From: Marsupella aquatica
Taxonomy: Eukaryota > Plantae > Marchantiophyta
Assembly (NCBI GenBank): GCA_973895155.1
Contig: OZ316892.1
Location: 24,561,971 to 24,625,970, forward strand
Reading direction: 5' to 3'
Length of the DNA: 64,000 bases
Made by a program: the position numbers and the translations under genes. Below the pieces are notes generated by a model. That model did not search any database and had not been told where the DNA came from. It worked only from the letters and a program-made list of their open reading frames with translations. Below are positions 49,750 through 61,262 of the stretch, piece after piece; the stretch's first letter is position 1, and every line of letters starts with the position of its first letter.

Positions 49750-52200
49750 AAGGGTTTCCAATGAGCCTCAGATTCACAAATTTTATCAAGTTCCAAATGA
49801 GTTTTTGAATTTTTTTGCCTTTCCAATGAGTGAGTATAAGAAATATTAATCATGAGTCCATGAATTCTTTTAGCTTTCCAACATGATTGAGTCCGACATT
49901 GACAAATTTTACGTCAGATTTTGTCACGTTACTAAAGAGATCATGAGGTTTTCAATCTCTCTAGCTTTCTAATGTGTGACATTGAGATTATTTGTCAAGA
50001 ATTACAGAGATCATGAGTATCTGAATTTCTCTAGCTTTCCAATGAACCTAACATTGATAGATTTTGTCAAGTACTAAGGAGATGATGAGTTTTTAGTTTT
50101 ACTTTAGTTTTCCAATGAGTGTGACATTGAGAGATTTTATCAAGACAATACTAAAGAGGTCACGAGTTTCTAAATCTTGATCTTGAGTTTTCCAATGAAT
50201 CAAACATTGACAGATTTTATCAAGTACTAAGGAGATTGATTATTTAGTTTTACAATGTGAAGTCAAAGGGGTTTTAACAATGTACAATTCTATTGGTTGG
50301 TTTTTTCAAGCTTGCAAACAATTCAAAAATACAAGCATTTTGATATAAAACACTGATATATCTTTGACAAACATCAAAATGGTAACTTTATTTTACTAAA
50401 TGACATATCTCCCTTTGTATTTTGGTTTTTTTACATTCAATATTTACGGCATGGCGCCCCAAAAATTACATTGCTTTTGCCACAAACAGGAATGTGCACG
50501 TTTGGTATTGTTAAAAGTATGATCATTCCTGTTTGTGGCTGGTTGTGATGATGTGGCGCAACCTCGTGGCAGGGAATTTGCAAGAGACCTCTCATGGGGG
50601 TCCGTAAAATGGATTTTTGCACGTCAGATCGACCCAGACACCCCTGCCAACAGTCTAGTAGCCCTCCACCTCATAGCCATCGACCCTTTAGCCCATAGCC
50701 CTCCTTCCAATCATCTTGCCCTCCACAGGGTTGACTGCCATAGCCCTAGCCCTAGCCCTCCACCTCCTAGCCAGCCGCCCTCCAGTCCGTAGCCCGCCCT
50801 TCCAATCATCCTGCCCTCCACCCCTAGCCCTCCAAAATGTTATGCTTCCCAAATATAGAGGACCCACCCCCAAAACAATAAACATGGGGTATTGGGGGGT
50901 TAAAAGTTTGTTTGCTTTAAAGTTGACTACTATGCTAGCTTCCATCCCATAGCCTTCCTGCCATGATGGCAGTAGCCCTTTGCCCTCTAGCCCTAGCTCT
51001 CTGCCCTCCAGCCCACCACCCTTAGTCCCATAATTTCATGCATTATCAAGAGTAAATGAATTTTGTTGGCTATCATGCATTTTTGCTATTTGTGCAAATG
51101 ACTTTTTCCCTTGATCCCGCAAAGAACACATTATGAGGTTTAAAAAACTATCCGGCGGCAATTTGGGGGATTTTTCTCCCCCAAACCCAACATACATGAA
51201 AAATTAATCTATGGACCCCCATGTTATTTTAGAGGCAGTTATCTAGAAACTAAAGCCTAGATGGACCTCCAAATCTAAAGAAAAAAAATTCAAAAATGGA
51301 CAAGTCAATGTTTAACACTTGAAACAGTTGTCAAACTTACCAAGACAACCATAATTAACATCAATCACAAATAGCAATGTGAACTACTGTTTAATACGTG
51401 AGTAGCTTAATTGCCCACTTCAGCAAAACGGTGCTCGATGGTTTCCTCTATGGTAACGAAGGAATGCTCGATGCACTCAAGTTGCATCGAAAGTAATCAC
51501 TTCTCAATTCCTACACGAAGATAGACAAAGAGAGAGAAGTCATCAGGGTCATCAAATCACTAACTTTGCATAATTGTTTAAGACAAAAAGTTTCATGGAA
51601 GCAAATCTCCAATTGTGGAATTCAAAATATATAGAAAGCTAGAGAAATTTAGGAACTTATGACCACTTTAGTACTTGATATAATCTCCCAACATCACACT
51701 CATTGGAAAGCTAGAGAACATTGGAAACTTATAATCTCCTCAGAACTCGATACAACAAAGATTTCTATTCATGTTAGAAATCATGAAATCACGGGTAAAA
51801 TATGTTTTTCAAATAACTTACTCAATTCTTACCGAATGGTGACAATACTAAGCTTATCAGGACCGTCTCTACAAGATCTTTCCAACGCCATATTATACGT
51901 GAGATTTCATCATGATTTGACTCAACAATGTCAAATCAAAAATTGCTGCCGGGAAAGTTTACTTTTTTGAATAAAATCAAAATGTAAATAAAACCTTTAC
52001 TGGGAGCAGTTTTACATCAATCTTTTTTTCTTTTGATTTGCATGTCAGCTTTTTTTACATTCTTTTTTATGGCATGGCGTCCTAGTTTTCAAACACGAAT
52101 GTAAAAGTTTTTTATTCCAAAACAAGTCTCTTCCTGTTTGCAATGTCCCATGATGACATGGGGCACTGTGGAGCCAGGAATTTTGGAATAGCAAAAGTTT
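49750..52200. mobile_element. Degenerate non-autonomous DNA-element relic with subrepeats in both orientations
   Basis: ~80-bp units (tagctttccaatga...acattga.agattttgtcaagtactaaggagat) in tandem at 49750-50240 recur inverted at 51595-51745. 50442-50580 resembles 52066-52186. Confidence 0.5.
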
Positions 52201-53656
52201 AATTTTGTTAAAACCAACCAAGTGTGCCCCTTTTATAAAAAAAATTATAACCTACCGCTCACTCACCCAAAAATTGCAAAATGCCACACAAAACCGTGGT
52301 CATTTGTGTTGTTGTGTGGTATCCCAGGGTACTCTTGGAAACTGGACTAAAAAAAATAGATTTGTACAAAAATAAAGAAAAAATTAGGTATTCTGTCTAT
52401 ATTCAAAAAGATAGCGAGGAAAGACAAAGAAACAACTCTCGTCATGTGGAAGACATGCACCAAACCGAGGGGAGTGCACTTCCAAGAATTGTCCAAACAG
52501 ACCCAAGGTAGCTATCCACAATGAAGGTCCTAAACTATAGAGGAGAAAGTTGATGCCTGAAAAATTAGTGGTGATGGTTGTTGCTGTCGATATCAGCTGG
52601 TGCAAAATATGTGACCAAGTAAGTCACCAAGGTCAAAATCAATAACAAACTAAATAATCCAACTTTTAACTATATTGCCACTAATGCTTACTAATTTAAA
52701 TTAGTTTGAGAACCCCTTGGTTATTTAAGTTTGATGTTATTCAACAACTAAGTCAGAACACATGGAAAATTTAATACTGGAATAGCTCTAAATAATTATG
52801 GAGATGTATCAGGTCCTTCTCATTTTGACATTTGTTTTGCCCTCCCCTGTCACCCTTGGGCCTTGCAGGGGACATTTCATTTCACCTGTTTGGCGTAAGA
52901 TAGTTGTGTAATCGGACCTGGGTAGATATCATTTAGACTGCTCTGTTCATACAAGTATCCTTCCCTTGTTCTCAAGACCGTGGACTCATCACAGGAAACA
53001 AATGCTTCAAGTGATGAGTTAATTGGTGTCCATGTGCGAATACTAAGCATTGGGACACGGTACCGAAAGTACAACAGGGCAAAAGAGCAATTCAGCAATT
53101 GAGAATGACATTTAAAGCTGAAGGAAGGGTGATGGAGAGAGTGAATGGTGGACAACCTATGGGCACGTTGGCTGTCTCTTTGACGGTGCAACTTAATTTC
53201 TCCATACTGCCTGATCTTCTTAGGGAAGGAATTAATCCTTTAAATTGGATAATAAGAACAGAGCGAGACAGCCAGCTCCCGAAACTGAATGTCCATTTTC
53301 TCTCCATACAGACTGAGAATAAGGCCTATGATTGGTGTTTTTTTTTCTTCCGATGCTGAAACATCATGCCTTCAAATATACTGTCGCAGAAGATGAAACT
53401 CACAACATGTTGTGAAAAGCTTCTACAACTAATAGTTTTCTCTTCCGATGACAATGCCTTTAAACTTTGGCAGAAGTTGAAACTCAAAAATGTTGCGAAA
53501 TGCCTCTACAACTGATAGTTCGATGCAACTTATTTGCGGTCTCTAGTTGGGTCGCAGTCAATCTCTAGACCAGGGAAAATTATTGAGCCATAAAACAGGG
53601 GATATTGATTCTTCTATTTGATGTGTACGTTGTGGTGACCAGCTCTCATTTCGCAG

Positions 53657-56092
53657 GAGTTCAGTGCCTGCACAGCTTCTTTACTGGCAAGCTTTCACTC
53701 AACCGAGAACACTGCATTCAGAGCGTTCTATCTGCTGGAGCGCCGGCGAGAGCGTCCATCGTCACAGACACATTACGCGATTGGGAGCCACCAGAGTTGG
53801 AAAAACTCTATGAAGATGATTGGGTTCTGGCAATTTCAAAGCCTGGCAGTCTCTTCGTAATATTTCCTTACCTTAGTCATGAGTTTGGTTACTCTGGAGG
53901 GGAATGATCTCCCTATGCATATATTGTTGAAGCCAGCTATTGGTTGAGCGCGCACGCTGCCTCATACAATGTGCAACTTATTATTCTGCAGTTCTCAGCC
54001 TTCAGAGCTTGTCTAATCCGTCAGGTGCACAACAGCAAAGAAGCTTCAAAAGACGAAAGAGAGAGGAAGGCCTTCTTGAAAGATCTGGTAGAAATACAGC
54101 ATACTGAAGGAAGGTGTGTCAGCTTCCGTCTTAACATGGGTTCCTTATTGCGAACATCTATAAGCCTTGTTTTGATTCTCGTCAGCTTTCGGCTTTGACA
54201 CCCCAGCTGAATAGCTTGAAAATCCCGATTTTCAAAGGCTATGAATGATTACCTAACTGACTACTTCCGGACTTCTTTCAACTAGAATATGGGACTGGAT
54301 CTTCATCAACTTCCTAATTGAATAAAATCTTTGTTTTTAATTCCGTGTGAGCAGTACATCGGTTGGATCGAGGAGCCAGTGGAGTAATTCTATTTGCCTA
54401 GTGCAGTGACGCAGCACATGCAGCACAACTTGCCCTTGCGCATGAAGATACTGTGAAAGAGTACTACGTGTTTGGTCTGTAGCCCAGATTCAAAACAACA
54501 CTGCTTTTCAGTAGTCTGCAAAGCTTGATCGTCTCTATGAAAATTGTCTCGTGTAGTAAGAAACCGAAGATTTAACTTTAGTCAAATAAGAAAATCACAG
54601 TCCACAAGTACGGTAGACTGCACGGTTGTGATTTACCTGTAGAGGCATAAGGCAAACAGAGCCTCAACATTCTTTATTAATTAGTATTTAGGCAGCCAGG
54701 TTAGCATTGAAATTCCTTGCCACACATGTTCTCAATTACAAGGCAGTTATTGCAGCGATTTACATCTGGTCGTTGAGTCGAAGGACTTGGTTCTGAGAAA
54801 GAAAGACCCTCATCCGTAGTTTGTTTTGGGAGCCAGTAAGGCATCTGTTTCTACAGAAACTGCTGGACTATACATGCTGGCATTATCTGTTGGAGCGTTG
54901 GTTTTCTCAGTTTCAACATTTATCCTGTAGGTATCTTGTTAGCAAGAGGGTCTACCCCAGATTCCTTCATATGAGACGATCCAGTTAATGATAATAAGGT
55001 AGTCTCTCTGAAGTGCGTCCTTTGGTTTTCTTTCTAATAATTAGACGATTTTTTTGGGAAATTTCAAGAAAGGTTTTTTGTTGGTGGGACTTACTGTAAG
55101 ACTGTTCTCCCTTTGCTGGGCGTTTTCGCGTCAATTATAATGATGGTTTTTGTCAACCCACAAATTGTCTGTTGTTACCTTTTCACTTGAGTGCAGGGCA
55201 TCCCAAGGTCAGCATGGACAAAGTGTGAAAAAATTTTAGATCTTCCCAAGTCTCGGTGTTCCTTACTGAAGGTAGTTCTATACATAGGATTCAAGGTTAA
55301 GAATCTTACCTGAGATTAGTTCACTCTATCAGTGTAGTACAAATAGTTCCTTGTGGTCAATATTTGCTTGCGTATTTCTTAGCTGTCTGTTCTTCAAATC
55401 TTAAATTTCTTCCAAATCGCACAATAGATGTGACATTGTATTCTATCTGTGCAACAGGTTTATATCAAAAATAGGTCGATGGCACCAAATTCGAAAACAC
55501 CTTAATCACCAAGCTTTCCATGTCTCTCCAACTCAATCCTTTCCTGTAATGGTTCTTCAAGATGTCTGTTAACTTAGTCTGAGCTAGGCCAGTCTCTTAT
55601 TTATTCACTGTCTTGCCAAAGTCCTGCAATGCTGTAGAAGACTTCCATTTTGCCAGACGTATTGAAATATTTACTCTCTGGATTCTTCTTGTTCAGGAAA
55701 TCGGAGATGGGAGACATGGGAAGGGACGAACAAATCAATATTTCCGCAGGAAGTACCAGATGCCGCTTGGGCGATGTTTCTTGCATGCAGCTCGCCTGAC
55801 CATCCCACACCCATCAATCTTCTCTCCTCAATGCACCAACAAACAGCAGCCAGCAGGTAGTCTTGAGACCCTTCACACAGTGGAACCTCAAATAAATTCT
55901 GAACTCTATAGTAAAGATCTTTTGCCCGTTATGAAAATAGAGTCTGAAGCTGTTGGTCCGCTAGTCTCCAAACCTTCTGGGGACCTAAGGGTGGAATCCA
56001 GCAAACAAGTTTTACCTTTACGTGCTAGCCTTCCCACAGACCTTAGGCGGTTGCTTTTTGCCCTCCCTGATGGATTAACTTGTGAAGACTGA
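53657..56092 (+). pseudogene. RluA/TruC-family RNA pseudouridine synthase, disrupted intron-containing copy
   Basis: Exons encode LYEDDWVLAISKPG, VHRLDRGASGVILFA, KEY, GRWHQIRKHL, IGDGRHG and FLHAARL. In-frame TAG at 54399-54401, TGA at 54972-54974, and a +1 frameshift in the A-run at 55467-55471. No start exon identified. Confidence 0.85.
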
Positions 56093-56547
56093 ACTCATTA
56101 GAGGTGGTCATTTGAGGTATTTTCCTTTTTCCTTCTCCCCAAACAAGGCGCGGGCTTTCAAATAATGGGAAAACTGGCTAGAATTCACAACCAAATATAA
56201 TCCTGTTTGAACATAGCTTACATTTCTCGAGCGAGCAGCAATGACTACTGTGCATGGGGATTGGGCTAGTTTATCTATAGTGGATCAAAGACGGCACGAT
56301 TTGATGTAGAATATCGAATTGGCATGGCACATCACTCAACACACCGTAAGGGATCAGCTGGGTTTTTGGTAGAGTAGTGAAGTTGGACCCACCTGTCTTT
56401 CTCATGCAATCTTCATTCAATCAACATTATTTTCAGCCAGATCGAGGGATAACAAAAGATTGACATTCGCTTCAAGACAGTATACTGCCTTCGAATACGG
56501 TAGCACTTTGGTCAATAATAACAATTGGCGGATTTTCTGTTACCCCA

Positions 56548-58440
56548 CTGTTAGACAACTCAACACAGTTGGTAGACCGAACTCTGAGCGAGTCCTCTGA
56601 GAATCTGAAGACAGCAAGTTGAAAGAGCCGAGAGCATTCAAGGTCGAGTATACAGAGTATGGTTTGAAGGAGAACTGAAGAACTGAATGAAATACTGCAA
56701 TGGAGCCAACTTAAGTAGCTGTGAACAAGTTTCGTCTCACCCCCAGTTTAAATGTTAAGGCAACTTGCCAAACCATTTAGCCTGGCAGCAAGAGAAAACA
56801 ACGTCACCGTCGAATGTGTTGTACTGTGAAACTCCGGGATACCTGGAAACCTCCAAGATACATGTAAATTTTAAAGTCACATCAACCCGAACCTTCACTT
56901 AGACCTAATAAACTTCCACCAAAAGTGAGCAAGCCCTCGTCAACTCTCCAAACCCCTCAGTACTGGCAAAACCAAACAGCTCTGAGCCAGCCAGCAAGCT
57001 ATCGATCGATCTCAGAGCCCACCAAGACTACTTCAAGGAGAGCGAGCAGCTGAGACTAATAAGATCAATAAGGCACAGCGCAGCACCAGCAAGAACAGTC
57101 GAGAGTCAAGTAGTCGGGTATCAGTAAAGCGAAGGATAACACCGAGAGAATTCCAAGTCTTACACTGCCGAAAGTTCCCTCACAGTCCTGCACATATGAT
57201 TCGGAGAGGGATCAAAAGGCGGCTGCAACTACAAACAAGCTCAGTCTCGGCTGCGGCGTGAATAGTATTCGGTGGAGCCACCAAAACAGCACGAGAGCAA
57301 GAAACAATGGGAGCACAAGACAGCCCATGCAAGTACAAGAGTACGGCAGATAAGGAATGAAAATACACCAGCTGATGAGGACTCACATTGCTTCTTCACA
57401 AGCACGACTCGAGAGCAAAGCCCAACAACACAAGAGTAGCCATGTTCCCAGAGATCCCAGAGTAAAATTCCCACAGTACGTCTAATCGATCCACTTAAGC
57501 AATCTTCCACTCAATCTGCTACCAAAGGAGCTAAGAGCGCATTGATCGAGCTCTGACTGTCTCTTACAATGACATCCAGGCGAGCGGAGCTTGAGGCGAG
57601 CCGAGTACAGCAGCGGACATATCGATCAGAGCTGAGCTGAGCGGAAATATCGATCTTGATCTGCCATCGACCTTCAATCTATCAATAATGGGAGAAACCA
57701 GGGTGAGTCAAGAGAGAGCCAAGCAGCCAGGCACGATCGCAGCAGAGAGACCACAGCCAAGAGAGCACGAGATGATCACAGACGAAAACCTTGATGAAAA
57801 TGAGAGCACAGCGAAGAGCTCAGCACATGAGAGCGCAGCCATAGAGCATCGATGCTGCCGAGATCGATGTGTAGCCAATGCTCACGGGGGGGCAAGGAAT
57901 AGAGCGCAGCACGAGAGAGCAATGTGGTGATCAATCTGGTTAGTAAGTAAAAAAGTCTGATCAGCAGAGCACCGAGAGCCGAGAGTGAGCAAGCAGCACG
58001 TCAGATCGAGAGCCAGATCAGCTCGAGAAAGCTTTGGAGTCCACAGCCCACCATCATGCCATTGAGCACAGTATCGAGAGAGACAAGAGAGAGCAGTCCC
58101 AGCATCGAGTCTGAGCACCAAAAATGCACCAAACACGAGAGCAAACCAAGGCAGCAGCATGAGCACACTCGAAGAGCGACGTGAGAAGTCAAGCACACAA
58201 TGAGAGCACAAAAACGCCAGCCCAGAAATGAAAGAGCCGCAGCGTGAATCAGCTCAACAAAAATGAGGTGGACAAATTTTGGGCTGAACGTATAATTGCT
58301 TGCGAGCTGCGCTGCCTAGGTGCAAATTTCGAGCTGCCTCTGTACCTATTTCCTCTTTTCCGATTGTATTGCTTAAGGGTGGCTTTACAAGAAAATTGGG
58401 GCACTTCGGAGTAAAGTGAACTTGGGAGTGCCCCGAGGTC
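56548..58440. mobile_element. Unclassified purine-rich, strand-biased repeat-like tract (possibly LTR-derived)
   Basis: Starts TGTTAG, is rich in gagagca and atcgat motifs, has no convincing ORF, and ends in the hairpin gggcact...agtgccc. No PBS, PPT or TSD confirmed. Confidence 0.3.
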
Positions 58441-58603
58441 TTAGTCCTCCTTAGATCCTACTTGTCATGGTTGCTAAGTGCTAACGTCTCCATTTCTCAA
58501 GAGGTTGTATATACATGGATATACAAAATACCGACAGTATAATAGATTTGAATGCTCAGGTGCATTATTGGATACCTCACTCCTGGCTGTGCACATTCTC
58601 TTA

Positions 58604-58751
58604 GCCCCCTCCCCTCTTGCCACCTCACTTATCACCCTTACCATCTTTGTCAGGTCATTAAATGTCTGGGCATCCCCTCCTCTTGCCACCTCACTTATCA
58701 CCCTTAGTCCCTTACCATCTTTGTCAGGTCATTAAATGTCTGGGCATCCCT
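58604..58751. repeat. ~70-bp tandem duplication
   Basis: cctcttgccacctcacttatcacccttaccatctttgtcaggtcattaaatgtctggg occurs twice. Confidence 0.85.
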
Positions 58752-59160
58752 TCTTTAGTGCCACTTCAGTTGCTCCCTCCCTAGTTATGATTTCAATTCA
58801 GGATTTCAGGTGGGATACCCTCTCTCACCAGGCAATAAATGCAAATAGAGTCCTCTCTTTTATGACTAGCTACTTCATTTTGTCAGGCCACAAATACTTT
58901 ATTTTATTTAACGTGCATTCACTCATATAGTCATATCCTCCTTCTCTCGTGTCACCCTTTGTCTTGTTTTGTCAGGGCATTAAATGCCTAGGGAATCCCC
59001 TCCTTTCGCTGGCTACCTCATTTTGTTAGGGTCACATGCTTTTTTAATTTAAAATTAATTAAATCTATACTTTCTAACATAGAATATCTTTAATTTTGTG
59101 ACATTGTGAATACGTCAAAATAGGCATGCATTAGTATGAACATGTTATACTCTAACATGA

Positions 59161-59282
59161 ATCCTCACCGTCCGCCCCCCTAATAAAGATACTCGAAGAG
59201 TTAATCCAAACCGTCCAACCCCCCGTAGTAAAGGTCTAAATCCTCAGTTAATCCCAGCCGTCCACCCCCCTAATAAAGGCCT
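59161..59282. repeat. ~45-bp degenerate tandem repeat, 3 copies, in a probable promoter region
   Basis: The unit atcc...ccgtcc(a)cccccctaataaag occurs three times. Confidence 0.75.
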
Positions 59283-60556
59283 CAATGCATCGACGGGATC
59301 GCAGATGAAAACTTTTCCTGCTCAATGAGACACTATTGTCGGCCGTTGGGTTCAAAATCAAATATTATATGGTTGTTGTTTTACTTCAGCGAAGGTCCTG
59401 GAGACGCGAAATGAGTGCTTTGTCACTTGTCAGTACCCGAGGCCACAAGCACACTCTCCACATCGCGGATTAGTCGATGCGTACCCAATTCCTGAACTGT
59501 GGTCTGATTCGTTTGGTATGTTTATGAGTACGATGAAGGCGGCCGTGCTGTTGTAGCGGATTGGTTCATTTCGTAACGAGTTCAGGATTGGAATAGAAGG
59601 AGCCTTTAAGCTGCACGTTCGCACAACAGAGTCGGAACAATGGTGGACGGACGGACGGACTTCTTAAGGACTGGAGCGAGGTCCTGAACAGCGGAATGGT
59701 GAATGTTGCGCATTGTGACAGAGAGAGCTCCTGAGCAGGCGGCCCCTAACGATTGTGGCAGAGGAGCTGGCAAAATGCTGTGTCATTGAAGTCACTTCTC
59801 CGACTGGCACACTATTGGGTGAAAGTGCTAGAGGGACCTTTTGCAAAACTTGGGTAAAGTTCAGCTAAGCTTGGATTAGACACTCAGTAATGAGGTATGT
59901 TTCGAAAAGAAAATGCAAGAGTGCAGCTGTAGATCTAGAAGTGTTTGATTAGAGCTTGCAGACGAGGCAACATTCGGCCTCCTATGAGAGCTGATTGTTT
60001 TTGCCTGGCAGATTGATATGGGGTCGCATGGACGAAAGGCATAGCAGGGCATGGGCTCCGGCCACAACAAGCGAAGCGAATAGTCCAGGTATTGCACAAG
60101 GTTGATATTTCAAGTCTCATCGGTCTCCTAACTGTATCTTTAACCTCAGCCAATAGCTTTGGCATTAATGGCAGAGAGATGGCAAGAGAGAGGCAGAGAG
60201 GGAAGCGTTTTTCTCGTTAGGGGTAGAGGTGAGACTGCATCGGAGGCGACAAGTATCGCATTTACTCACATTGCTAAAACATTGAGCCTAGAATTCAGTG
60301 CCCCGTTTAATCCTCTGACCTCATTTCAAAGAAATCGTCATATTTGATGTAGTCACACATGCTTTAAACGACATGGAGACATTGTTGTGATGGTATGTCT
60401 AAGGCGAGGTGAGAAACCTAGTCTTCATTTTCATGAGAAAGAAATCAGGGATGCATTTGTGGTGAGTCAGTGTTTAGCTCGCCAGTCGACCTCAAATCAG
60501 TGGAACATCTGCTCGCGGATGAATGCACTTCAGCTGATATCAACAGGAGGCGCGGA

Positions 60557-61035
60557 ATGGCTTCTGATTCAAATGCAAGATCGACAACAGCATCCAGTCA
60601 GACTGGATCTAGAACTCGCTCAACTGAAAGGCCTCCATTGAGGAACATCAGTAGTGATGAGCTTTCAAACCATGCAAACGAAGGAGACCTCTGGCTCTCT
60701 ATCGAGGGTAAGGTGTATGACGTTACAGATTGGCTGGGAAAGCACCCAGGTGGTGGCAACCCGATTCTGAGCTTCGCAGGCCAAGACGTCACGGATGCTT
60801 TTCTCGCCTTCCATCCAGGAACGACCTGGGCTCTTCTTCCTCAATTCCAAATAGGGAATTTGACGGATTATAATGTCTCCAATCCAAGCGGATTACCGAA
60901 AGCTTCTTATCAATCTGAAGAAGGCGGGCTTGTATAAAAATCCAGTCCATGTGTATGGACAGGACGCTGCGATCATGATACCAATGTTCGTCCTGTGTGT
61001 GCTGGGTGTACTGTAGTTCTGAAGACTCTCGTGTC
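60557..61035 (+). pseudogene. 5' fragment of a cytochrome-b5-fused front-end desaturase (sphingolipid delta-8 desaturase-like)
   Basis: Cyt b5 domain DLWLSIEGKVYDVTDWLGKHPGG...AGQDVTDAFLAFHPG. After a frameshift near 60880 the other frame continues QADYRKLLINLKKAGLY...MFVLCVLGVL and then stops. No desaturase His boxes follow. Confidence 0.85.
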
Positions 61036-61262
61036 GATGACTGTCATATGAGGTGAATTTGAATAAAGAATTGTCAAGCCACGAAGTAGCCGATGTCACT
61101 GAGATGCTTGGTGCTTTGTCATTCAGTCTTTTGCTGATTCGAGGTCCGTCTGCTGTCATGTTGCTCAGAGCTGTCCTGTGAAGTGCGGTGGAATTGATCC
61201 TCGGCCACTTTGCCCGCCTATTACCTGTAGTTTCCAGGCGCTTCGGCTAGCCAGCAATAGCA

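Noticed and set aside
50620-51030. Pro/Ser-rich ORFs
   Set aside because: Low-complexity tagccc/cctcc repeats inside a TE-like region.
54399-54974. Stop codons in the RluA gene repaired by U-to-C editing
   Set aside because: The gene is nuclear, all stop codons begin with U so the pattern is uninformative, and a frameshift is also present.
58400-58445. Helitron 3' terminus
   Set aside because: A hairpin is present, but there is no CTRR end at the expected spacing and no 5' TC terminus was identified.
59161-59282. CRISPR-like repeat-spacer pattern
   Set aside because: Only three degenerate units, the 'spacers' resemble each other, there are no cas genes, and the context is eukaryotic.
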